Source of the DNA: Octopus sinensis
Taxonomy: Eukaryota
Direction of reading: 5' to 3'
DNA: 64,000 nucleotides
Assembly: GCF_006345805.1 (NCBI RefSeq)
Contig: NC_043006.1
Location: 51,212,001 to 51,276,000, forward strand
Both the position numbers and the translations under genes were made by a program. The stretch's first letter is position 1. Every line of letters starts with the position of its first letter. The notes under the pieces are model-generated. The model did no database searches. It was not told the origin of the DNA and worked only from the letters and a program-made list of their open reading frames with translations. Below, piece after piece: positions 11,854-25,181 of the stretch.

Positions 11854-14022
11854 ATTAAGTGATCTATGTTGATCCAAACGAGGGGACTTTTACGTAGTTA
11901 TTAAAACCTATTAGAAACAGTAACCAAATATCTGGCGGGTTTCCACTCATTTCTCAAATTTTAAGGTGTCTTCTACCACACCTGAGGTTACTGTAGATGA
12001 CACTTGTCTAAAGTAACCGCACAGTGTGATCGAACTCTTGTCCACGTTATTGCGAAGAGAACTACTTAACTATACAGGCATGTCTATTTTGTTATATGTA
12101 ATCTTGCATAACTTCCCACTCACTGTTCACTGAACCCAAACCTAGGGTTGATATTAAAAAATAGTGAGGTATTATTGGGGATATTAAAACACACATACAC
12201 ACACTTGAATATAGCAATACATATTTATGCTCGTATATCCGTAAAATGTTTAATTTAGTTTCTCAAAACTGACAGTAAAATCAAGATTTTTGTAGCATTT
12301 GAGATTTTTTCTTAATCCCCTCTCCATACATCCCTGTCTACACATTCAATTTTTCAGTACCATCTCCGCCTTCTATTGAATTATATGACGAACCAGTTGT
12401 TGCTGCTACACACAGCTGTTGCTACAACTTTTAGGCCTATCCTATAATCATTACTTCGTATAAGTGTTTATAAGTGGCAATTAAGAATCACTCTACAACT
12501 ATGTATTTATTTTAAAGGCGTTATTTATGTCAGTGACACATTACTTTAGAAAGATGAGTAACAAAATTTCAAAAATCTGTAGCATTCATTGCAAGAAGAA
12601 TGCAACCTCTACCCCAGTTTAAACTAATTGCTCCAAATAATTTCCTATTTTGACTAAAGCAGTATTTGAATCCTGAACATAACGACATCAGCATCGATCA
12701 CCATTATTACAGCCGTTTTTCATTTTGACCTAATCTAAGTGGTCGAAAGACCACTCCTTGAGAACAAATGTCTCAGTTTTGGTATGGTTTCTCTGGCTGA
12801 ATACCCTTCCTAACACCAGCCATTTTACTGTGTACGAAGTGCTTTTTTTTTTTCCTGTGGTAATTAACACTAATGAAGTCGCTTTGTAACTCGCAAGACT
12901 AAAAAGTTCCCTTAACTGGGAGAGAGGGTAGGAGATAGGGTCATTGCTACAAGTAAGGTATTGAGAAGTTTAATAAGTATGATGAAAGAAGCAGGAATGA
13001 GTTTACTTATGTGGGAAATCATGGCTACCTCACATTTTACATGGATGTCTTGGGTGAATAGATGGTGCCCCTAAGAGAGATAAATATCGTGGTGACGAAA
13101 TCCAAGCAACAAGTCCATTGTGGTGATGGAAAAAGAGCGTGAATACATAAGAATAAAGATGGTGGACAGATATAGGAGTAGGGAACAATGAGGGATGGAT
13201 GAAATGGTAATACGATGTTGTAATAATTAAATCAGTATAGAAAAGCATATCATCACAAGCTAAAGAAAGAACCTCTGCGTGGTTGCTAGAACTATCAGCC
13301 AAATCTCTCACAAATCATCCTACAGTCATTGAAAAGACAAGACACTAAGTATTATAATTTTAGATACTCTAATCCTGAAAAATACAGACGGATCTTGGCT
13401 GAAATGCCTTTTGGTCATATATCTGCTCTACAGAGATTTATTTGGGGTTAAACAACTTATCAGATAATTGGCATCATCATCTGAGAGTCACTCTTTCTCA
13501 AAAATGTATTTCCTGTTGGTGTTGGGTCGGTCAATTGCCTGAACCGAATGAATTCTAAGAATTGATGGATGACGTGACTCAGTCTGAGTCAGACAAGGCC
13601 AGACCGAGAGGAAGTTATTTCATTTTTTTTTCCACTTGACTCTCTGTGAAAAGGAGGTGATGTTGGCGAAGTGTAAAAGGGTGGTGGTAGTAGTGATTGT
13701 TGGAGCATTTTGTCTAAACAATAATTGTTACTGCTACACATTTGTTCAGACTTCCTGTGGCTTGACTCATGTTTATACGCATTAATGCTCCAAGCATAAA
13801 AGTAGTCTTTCTGTTTGTGTTCTTGAGGATTGCTAATAGAATATGTAGGTCAGTGGTGACCGTCGTAGGCATGAAACGGACTGGAAATAACAACAAACGG
13901 CTAAATTACGATATGAGTACCATAGTTATCAAGTGTGTGTTGGTATGTCGACGTATGAAGTCTTTGGAGACTAATTTCGAACGTGGCTCTCTTAATCGTT
14001 TATATATATATATATATATATA

Positions 14023-14243
14023 AACTGGCACTTCGTTGCTTACGACAACGAGGGTTCCAGTTGATCTGATCAACGGAACAGCTTTACTCGTGAGATTAGC
14101 GTGCAAATGGCTGAGAACTCCAGACACGCGTACTCCTCATACGTCTCAGGGAAATTCGTTTTACCAGCTAAATGGACTGGAGCACCGTTAAATAAAGTGT
14201 CAAGGACACAACGCGCTGCGGGAAATCGAACTCTTGAACAAAA
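14023..14243 (-). mobile_element. SINE family C, partial, between (TA)n tracts
   Basis: Similar to 51856-52178 (AAACTGGCACT.CGT.GCTTACGAC..CG..GGTTCCAGTTGATCTGATCAACGGAACAGC). Confidence 0.75.
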
Positions 14244-14257
14244 TACACTATATATAT

Positions 14258-14306
<49 letters not shown>

Positions 14307-14629
14307 GGCAATTAGTGAATCATCACTTTCGAACGAATAGACTCTATCTACCTACATTACACCCAAAGGTGTGTCTTTTATTTTCCATGATTTCCTATGT
14401 GTTCAGCAAATAAGTTCGTATTCAACAGATTTAAGAGGCACACCTTCCTCGATCATCGCTGTTTAAAAAAGCATGGGTGGGGTTCACATGCCTTAGTAAT
14501 TTGAATATATTCAGTCCATGAATTGACTGAACACTGTTTATGGCATTAGGTATAGTATTGGTAATGGAGTTGTACTTAGAACCCTTTCTAAGAATATGTA
14601 GAAACCATGGCTCTCGAACATATTGTGTA

Positions 14630-14960
14630 GATGTGTGGTAAAGAGTTTGCTTTCCAATTGCATGGTTTCGGGTTCGGTCTCACTACGTGGCACCTTGGGC
14701 GCGTGTCGCTACTATAGACCCAGTCTGACCAAAACCTTGTAAGTAGATTTGATATATGGAAGCTTAAAGAAGCCCGTTGTGTGTGCGCGCATGTTTGTCT
14801 CTCCCCACCACACTGTTTAACAACCGGTGTTGATAGTTCAGGTCAACGTAATATGATTGTGTGACACAAGAGGCCAATTGAATAAGTACCTTGTACTGGG
14901 TGGTTGATTTATTCGACAAAAACCCTCAAGATGGTGCCCCAACATGGCCAGAAGTAAGAT
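14630..14960 (+). mobile_element. SINE family D copy
   Basis: GTGTGGTAAAGAGTTTGCTT head and AAGATGGTGCCCCAACATGGCC tail, shared with 21937, 34668, 49367 and 59650. Confidence 0.7.
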
Positions 14961-15102
14961 ATAAAAAAAAAACTAAATACTCTTGTCTGAGGAAATTGGT
15001 GGCACTCAAAGTTCGGACTTCACATCCAACGAAGATTAACAATCATTCATCTCGTATATAGTCATTAAATAAAATTAGAATGCTAATCATGTATATGGTT
15101 GA

Positions 15103-15138
<36 letters not shown>

Positions 15139-16182
15139 AAACTTTTCTCGAACTTTTCAAGCATGCAATACTTGATCTGTGTATGGTAATAAAATGCTGT
15201 ATTTAAACCTAACATTGAAACTGATGCTTCCAAACTTCAGTGACCTCTCTCTCTTTCTCTCTCTGTCGCTCGTTCGACCACTCTGTTCTTTCAAAAGTAG
15301 CGTTATGAGTTTTGGTCATGTTAGATGTAGTGAATGATACGTAGGATGGTAAGGGAGATAACTTCTACACAAATCTAGTAGTTTGGATGTGTGACTAATT
15401 TTATCAATGAAACTTTTATTCGTCTCTAAGAATTTTTTTAATTTCTGATTTGATATTTTTGCATCTCATATGAGCAATATTCATTATTCTCTCTAGATAT
15501 CTCGCTTGCATGTGATAAACTCCGACAGATACTAGACAATAGTATCTTGTCTGTACACATCAATTTTATCTCTCCTGACAGTACATTTACAAGCCATCGA
15601 GTGGAGCCTCTATTTGGTCGATTGTTCTGCTAGAAATATCAGCCAAATCTCCCTTAAGCCACACCCTGCTGTCATAAAGAAGCGTAGGATATATTCCTAG
15701 ATACTCTTAAAATGACACGATGGTCCTGACTGCTCCATTAAGGCTGATCTAGGCCAAGTAACAATACAGCTAATGTATCAGTGAAACTCAATCATTTTTT
15801 TTTTTTTTTTTTTTTTTTGTGCCGCGGACAAAAGATCACGCGGATAATAAACCTCAATAGGCATATGTAATATGATTATCAGATCATATTACACATATAG
15901 TACAAAAACATCCAGTTGTGGTAGCCAGTAAAAAACAGTAAGATGTAAAAAAAAGTTTATCTGTTCTCTGCAGCTTGGTACCAAATGATCCACTGCTTTG
16001 TTTGCAATCTAGTGGTTGGCGACCTCTGACCTAATCCATCAAGTAGCTGAGAATTAATGAAATTGTAGTTCAATCAACACTGCACCCACACAGTGTCGTT
16101 GAAAGGATTCAATTTGTTTTTGTAGTCTTATCTAATGAGGCCCCTTTAAAAAAAATTAATCAATTTCTTTTAAATTAATTGA

Positions 16183-17669
<1,487 letters not shown>

Positions 17670-17705
17670 ATGATTTAAAGACATTTGCAAGAACGATTGC
17701 TTGAA

Positions 17706-17893
17706 AATAAAGTCACCTTTCAGGTTCAAATGAAATTTTGTTTGTTCTTGTTTTAATTGACACAATGCACCATTAATTAAATTAGCAATTCTATTCAACT
17801 TTTTACTTGTTTAATATTTGGTCTTTAACCGTGCTAAAGGATGCCTCCCAGTCTGTAGGCATCTATTATAATGCCCATTTTCCTTACAATAAA
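17706..17893 (+). terminator. Candidate polyadenylation signals of TUBA-A
   Basis: AATAAA 17706-17711, ATTAAA 17776-17781, AATAAA 17888-17893; which is used is unknown. Confidence 0.5.
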
Positions 17894-17979
17894 AGTTGTT
17901 TAGAATATCTAAATACAGAAAGTAATATAGATAATAACAGAGAAATGTATTGTACAAAAATTATAAAACATTTACAGAA

Positions 17980-18445
17980 CTTCAGTATATACACTGTTTT
18001 AAACTTTTTCCTTCAGAACATATATGAAGAGTTTCTGTGGGCTTGCTACTCTGGAGCAACCTACATGCACGTGACCATGTGAGAAACAGCCTTCTTCTAG
18101 ATGGAGACCGACGCTTGTTAATGGTCATTGAGTAACTGACTCTCACTGGAAATTGCAATCGTTTTAAACGAAAGGAGACATGTGTTGTATTAACTGTATT
18201 CTCGGTATAAATATGATGTCTCTCTTTCTGCATCCAATGAGGATTTTTGCTTCAATAATGTGAAGCTATAGTTCAGTCACAAGCATATCTGTACTATTGT
18301 ACAATCTTGGCTGATCCAGGTTTCTGAGAAGCATGATGATTGCGCCCTTCACTTCAAAGCTATGTGGCCGCATTCTGGACGCTTCCAGACTTCAGGAATT
18401 CAACAGGATAATGAACAGCATTGTCCGCGTCGATAGATTTATAGA
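17980..18445 (-). mobile_element. Helitron RepHel fossil (Pif1-like helicase C-terminus)
   Basis: Translation with breaks: YKSID..AVHYPVEFL..GAIIMLLRNLDQPRL..IFIPRI..FRLKRLQFPVRVSYSMTINK..CFSHGH..CSRV; part is visible in ORF 17982..18233. Confidence 0.9.
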
Positions 18446-19559
18446 TGTGGTTACCTTCATCCCCACTCTGTTTCACTAGTTTCTTTTTTTCTCCCTAACC
18501 TCCTTTCTGTCTTGTGTATTTTTTCTCTAAAGAGATAGTGGTAGGGGTAGTGAGAAAGACACATACAACCAGTCAGAGATAGTGATAGAGATATAGAGAA
18601 GGGCATATAGACTGAGAAAGCAGAGGTCCAGCGCCGCACTTGTTTTTTGTCTGTAACTTCCTTTCTCCTCGCATGTGTTTTCTCGAGAGAAAAAGAAGTA
18701 GAGGTAGTGAGAGAGATAGGCATAAAGCGGGACAATAGACAGAAAAGGCATAGGGCCAGCGGCGATTTCAAAAGAATAAATATGACTAAAGTTAGAGAAA
18801 GTTGGTGGTGGATTAAGTGATAGGTGGAGGATTTTTCACTTTATAAAAAGCATTATGACGAAATAGATAATAGCTGGTTTGCTAGAAATAGGAACTAATA
18901 CACCACCAAAATACGTTTTCGGAAAATAAGTACACAGCTATGTGTGGAATGGTCGAATTAATTTAAATGACACGAAGATCCTGAAATATCAATTTTATTT
19001 AGTGTTTTCAACAGTCAACATAGAAACAAACTTTGCTTTTTATATTTAGTGTTATCATCGGTTAATGTACAAACGAACTTTGCTTTTTATAAGGATATAG
19101 ACATTACTGTGAAATAGACAGTTCGTGGGTTGCTAGAAATAGGAGCCTATACGCCACTAACTGCCCCCCCCCCCCCCACAACAACACACACACACATTCC
19201 GTTTTCAGAAAATAAGTGCACAGCTATCTGCGGAATGGTGAAATTAATTTAAATGACATTGAAAAACTGGAAATATTATCAAGTTTATTTAGCATTTTCA
19301 GCGGTCAACGTACAAAGTTTTTTTTTTTTTAAGGATATTTATTGATATGTACCTCCAAAAGGAATACCTACTGCTGAATTGAATTTAGCTCAATGCTGAA
19401 CGTTAAGGCTTTCTAACATGATATTGCAAAGAGGCATTTTCCCCCTTAAGTTCATCACATGACACTATTGACATGCTTGTCATTGACTCATCAATGTTCT
19501 AATAAGGTGTAATAAACTAATGTACTAAATTGTGAAAGCAGAAATTAACACAACTAATT

Positions 19560-20240
19560 AGGATGAAAATTAGCTTAGTGGAGATGCAGATTGGCATATC
19601 ATTGAGAACAATGTACTGGACTTAGCATTTGTTGACACAGAGAACACTACACTATAGTCTGGACGCTAAGAAAACTAGATATAGACGAGTTGCTTGTGAG
19701 AGCAATGCAAACCCATTTACAGAGATGCTGTTATCAAAGTGAGCTAGCAACAAATTCACTGAAGAATTTTGTGTATAGGTAGGAGTCTGTCAAGATTTGA
19801 TTCTCAGCCACCTCATAACAGAAGAGTTTGGTTAGCCGTCCATAGTAACGAACTAGTTCTCAAAACTAATTCTGCTGAAAGAAAGAAATTCCAAATATGA
19901 GAGCAAAACTAGAATCAAGGAATCTTCACTTGGACATTGTAAAGACAAGTCTTAGCAGAGAAAAAAGACGGGACTCAACTGCCACCTGTAAAAGTGGTAC
20001 GAGGTCGGCATGCTCCACTGGATATGTAATGTTAGTGGACATGATTTATAGACACACATGAACAGAGTAAAATGGGTATAAGACGAATAAGATGTTTGCA
20101 AAAGACAAGACTGAGCTGCAGCAGATGTCGAAAATGACACTTGGATGAAGCGTTAGACAATCTAAATGGAAAACGAAGATTAAGGACACGATGATCTCCG
20201 GAGGCTGAATTTGACAATAGTTTTCTCAAATGGTGAGATA
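19560..20240 (+). mobile_element. Highly degenerate RTE-clade LINE fragment
   Basis: YRDAVIKV and VGVCQDLILS (cf. VGVHQGSVLS), EVGMLHWICNVS (cf. EMRMLRWMC); many stops. Confidence 0.6.
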
Positions 20241-21141
20241 ATGTTCCGGGGAAGATCTGTCTCTTATTGAAGCATGGAAAAACAGGCAAAAACGATTGAA
20301 TTACTAGTATATTAATAGTTTCGTTTCATTGCTTTAATGTTCTTTAGCACATATCTATGGAGATTCTTTTAGCCAGCATGTTTTCTGTCCAAGAGTTGAA
20401 TTGTTTTACAATCGTAATGCTGGCTAATACTTATAGGTATATTCTATGGTACCTTATAGCAATGTGACAAAACCCCATTAACATATCTGTAATTTAATGA
20501 TCCCGCTGCTTACAAAATTGTTAAAATATGCAAATTGGTTTATCGAGTTTACTTTAACCCTAATATTAGTGGTTTTATAGGCAGTGTGTTCGTGGATAGG
20601 TGAGGAAAGTACAGTTACTGGTCCTAAATGCAACAAGAATCGAAACACGTGTACAGCTTTTCTTTTTCTGTCCGCAGACGATTGATTAGACGTATTATCT
20701 AAAACCGTTGCAACACAAAATAAATTCTATAATACACTATAGTAACGAAAAGATATATAAATCGATGAACCTTCGTTGAAGTCAGTCTGATGCTATATCA
20801 GAAGAAACTTGTCAAGTTGGAACCACGTGGTTTAAATAAAACTACTTAACCTGATAAGCACGACGCAACCTCTTTCACACATTATGCAGTTATAACAAGA
20901 TGCCCCGATCTCTTACGTTATACGATTAATAGACGATCAAAACATTGTGCTGACATCTCATTAATCCTTGATACCATAGAATATTGTGCATTCTACGAGG
21001 TCTAGTGGTAAAGTGCAGATTTGATGAAAACGGCACGAAGGAATGTGAAGTCTTGTAAAACATACTTAAAATCTCCATAAGAGAAAAATGTCACTTAAAT
21101 TATTTAGGATTTATAAATTTCAAAAATGAACACGTCAAATC

Positions 21142-21369
21142 TTTACACTTCTGCAAATTGTTTGCAATATAAATTTTATTCTCACTTCACATTTAAACAA
21201 CTTTCCAGGGCAAAAAGTGTAAGAGTTTTTCCTTAGCAAAAAAAAGTAAAAGTTTTATTTATCTAATAAAAAGAGCGAACGGGATCTAATATCTCGCAAT
21301 AATGGTTCAAAACCACCATGAGGGAAATTTTTTTTGTATTAGAAATTCTATGTTCATTTCAACTTTTAA
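21142..21369 (+). repeat. ~228-bp dispersed direct repeat, copy 1 (copy 2 at 27052..27277)
   Basis: Colinear alignment by eye, roughly 85-90% identical (TTTACACTTCTGCAA...TTCATTTCAACTTTTAA). Confidence 0.9.
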
Positions 21370-21936
21370 AGCTTTTCTTTCTGCTTGTTTCAATCATGTT
21401 TAATCTGTTGTAATTTTACTTGATTTAATGAGGTACACGCTGTTGAAATCGTTCTGGTCTGAAATCACTTAAACACAAAATTTTGGGCCCTCCTTCAATC
21501 GTAGCGGCGAATGAAATAAATTTTCATGTTCTAAGGATTATCTAAATTACACAGCCGTAATTGAATTTTCATCTGTTTTCAATTCTTGTTCCATTAGTTT
21601 CGGATTACATCTCAACGCTTCTAAAGATATTTTTCTTTTGGTATCACTTAAACCAGTAGATCATTTTCTAGCATATATTTTGTAGCCATTGATACAGCAA
21701 TGGGGTCTGTCGCCTAAAGTATCATGGCAATCAACTGGTCTTATTTTATTAGTTCTTCCCACAAAAGTATGAACCAATGAAAATCTTCTTCTTGGTGGCT
21801 CGACCGGCTGGAAATAGCAGTAACATCTCCCTCAAACTACATTGTCTTGCTTTGCCTAGAATAATATGATCTTGAATAATAATTCTATGCCTAGAATATG
21901 ACACAAACATGTAAAATCAAAGACTAAACAATATAT

Positions 21937-22480
21937 AGGCGCCGGCATGGCTGTGTGGTAAGAAGTTTGCTTCCCAGCCACATGGTTCAGGGTTCAATTC
22001 CACTGTATGGCATCCTGGGCATGTGTTTTCTACTATAGCCATGTGAGTGGATTTGGTAGACGGAAATTAAAAGAAGGCCGTCATGTGTGTGTGTCCCATC
22101 ACCCCCGCTTGACAACCGTTGTTGATATGATTAGGTCCCCGTAACTTAACGGTTCGGCAAAAGTGACCGCTAGAATAGGTACCAGGCTTTACAAAAATAA
22201 TAATAATAAGTACCTATTTCTTTACAACCCACAAGGGGCTAAACACAGAGGGGGCACAAGCAAGGACAGACAAACGGATTAAGTCGATTACATCGACCCC
22301 AGTACGTAACTGGTACTTAATTAATCGACCCCGAAAGGATGAAAGGCAAAGTCGACCTCGGCGGAATTTGAACTCAGAACGTAACGGCAGACGAAATACG
22401 GCTACCGGAGTCGATTAGTTCGACTAAAATTCCTCAAGGTGGTGCCCGAGAACGGCTGCAGTCTAATAATGTAAAAAGCA
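21937..22480 (+). mobile_element. SINE family D interrupted by an antisense Tx1-tailed SINE (22215..22402)
   Basis: Family D head and tail flank an inverted insert; TACC is duplicated at 22211-22214 and 22403-22406. Confidence 0.8.
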
Positions 22481-23228
22481 GCAGACATTAAATATTGCGT
22501 AACTAAACTGAAGGACACGTGACTTCGATGCGATTTATATATTCGGTCATCGTAGACTAGTTGACAGAGTAATTGTGTAGTTCAGTTTCACTTCATTTTG
22601 ATATTTGTTAACAGCTCTAACTCGGAAATCTATGCTTTTAAAACCTGTTCTACAATGTCTGAATATTTCTTTTGTGTTAATAATATTCAGCAAATGTCAA
22701 TCGATAGTCCTGCAAATTTTGATTTTTCAATGAAGTAACACCGGATATGTCGGTTAGTTGGTCTTATTCTGCTCCAATGAAATTAGCATTATCATGAAAA
22801 CCCACAAATAATGGGGTAACTGCGCATTGAAAATTACTGGCAAGAAGACAAAATAAATAAATAAAAGACCAAAGTATAATCAGTTTTATAGGTAAGTTCA
22901 ATGCTCACTATTGTACCTTTGCATGATCAACTGCGCCTGCATTGTAAAATCACGGAAACACGCTGAAGTCTCACTTCTGAGTGTCACTTTAAGACACCGT
23001 TTTCTGGAGACGGCCTCGATCTCGCATGTCGAAACAAATTTTCTAGTATTCCCTACACTGATTCGTTATGGTGGTATAGCAAGACCTAGGATTTGAACCC
23101 CTGTCTTTATGTTATCTGGTTAGTACAACGAATGAAATATGCAATTATCACACGCATGTTCTTTTTATTGACCAATCGGTTTGTAGGAGATCATGGCACA
23201 AAGTCATCACATTATGAGAAAAGAATAG

Positions 23229-23440
23229 AGCAGGGAGCTGGCAGAATTGTTAGCAAGCCGGGCAAAATGCTGAGCGGCATTTCGTCTGTCTGCACGTTCT
23301 GAGTTCAAATCCGCCGAGGTTGATTTTGCTTTTCATCCTTTCAGAGTCGATAGAATATGTACCAGTTGAGTACTGACGTCGATGTAAACGACTTAGTCTC
23401 TTCCCCGAAATTTATGGCCTTGTGCCAAACTTTGAAACCG
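23229..23440 (+). mobile_element. SINE family A copy
   Basis: GAGCTGGCAGAATTGTTAGC head, core and GGCCTTGTGCCAAACTTTGAAACC tail. Confidence 0.8.
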
Positions 23441-25181
23441 AGATGAGAATATCATTTCAGATGTCCTTGAGATTCTTACCCTTTTCTCTGAGTAAGCAGT
23501 TTGGCGTTAAAAACATTCGCAGAAGTAGAGAGCAACCAAGGAACGCACATCTCAACTCTCGCCATTAGAAAACCAGACCAGGGCAGAGGCTTAGCAAGAT
23601 TCGGCAGATTCACATCTGCTGGCTTCTCGCCCCAAGAAAACCAATGGCTAACTAAACACAGTTAAAGACACATAATAGCACTCTTGTTCAAAGCAAACCA
23701 GAAGTGTGATTAGATTCGGATAAACTCGCATCTCATTTTTCTTTTAAGACCAGTTCGTTCCTATCTCTAGAATAAGCCACTAATGACTAGAATTTAGATA
23801 CTATGAAAGTGTCCTACGTTTCTACCGGCTACTTTTCTTCGTGACGATGGTGACTCGACTCAGACAAGCTATCTTACCAGGATACCATTCCATATCATCG
23901 CGACAGTGGTTTAGTTGAGTAATATATATCAACGAGATATCCTAGTTGGGCACATCAAATAACCTGTTAAATATCGAGCGCATACAGGTTTTTGCTCTCT
24001 TGGTTCTTAAATGCATTGCCCTGTAGGACAACCTACGCATTTTGGTATGAAACAAAAGTGGGAGAAATTGAGTTTCCATCGCATTACAAAGCTGTAGCAA
24101 AGCAGAAATGTGAACATCTTGATTTGATAAAATTAATCATTTCCACAGTTTAAATACAGTGTGATAAATATCGGAAGTCCGTTATATAAAAGCCCTGCGA
24201 TCAAATCGCGAGTTGAAATGAAAGCCAGCTTCTTCTTACAATGCATACACAATGAAACCTATCGTTGGATGTAGCAACACAAAATTCTCACCGAAGCTTC
24301 TCAGTTTGTACAGTTGAAAATATCCATAGCTGTACTTTCGAATCCAAGGCAATATAAAAATAGTAACGTGATCCTATTCTTAATAATATATATTGACAAT
24401 AGAATACATGCAGCGGCAATACACATAAGTTTGGAATGACAACAAGATTTCTTTTTAAGATATATACATTATTTATTTTACATATTTTACAATCATGTTT
24501 GATGTTTGTAAGTGTTCGCATGTTTTTGTGTCTGTGTGTTCGTTAGGCGTAAAAAGGTACTGACCAGTGAATTGACGATGGGATTTGATTCACAGTTAAT
24601 GTTGTTGGTATCGGCTTGGCAACAGGTAATAACAGATGGCTTAAGGTAGTTCTTAGAAGAAACTAGAACCAAGAACAGATAATTGATTTACCGCTTATGA
24701 GGTACACTATAAGAGTCCCATATCAAGATATTGCATGTCGCAGTTGAGATTAATTGATCATCACTCGTTGTGTTATCTTTCTCTTGATATGAATATACTT
24801 CCAGACATGTTACTGTAGCCGTTTTCTTCGTGGCGAGAATTTCACCTAACCGCTATAGTTGAATCTGTAGTTGTCTCATGTACAATTTAAATCTTCGATG
24901 TTTGTCGATTGGTTCTTGCTGCTTCTTCATCATATGTTCTGCTTGGTTATGTTTCTCTAGTTATAGATATCTTGTAACCGTTTTCTTCATGGTGATATTT
25001 CACACTAACAGTATGTTAGGTATCTGTAACATCTTGTATTAATGGTGGTCGCCTGCCTCGAAACTGGAACTTGGTCGAGTATTCTCTGTGTGGTCAGAGA
25101 CTTAGCTCTTAAAAGAACTAAAAGCCTAAGACGAGCTCTGTGTGGTCAGAGGTTCGCCCTGAGAAGGACTGGAAACCTAAG

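Noticed and set aside
15346-15354. ATG|GTAAGG closer to TUBA-A exon 2
   Set aside because: No TATA/Inr spacing, no leader homology and no hairpin; not excluded but unsupported.
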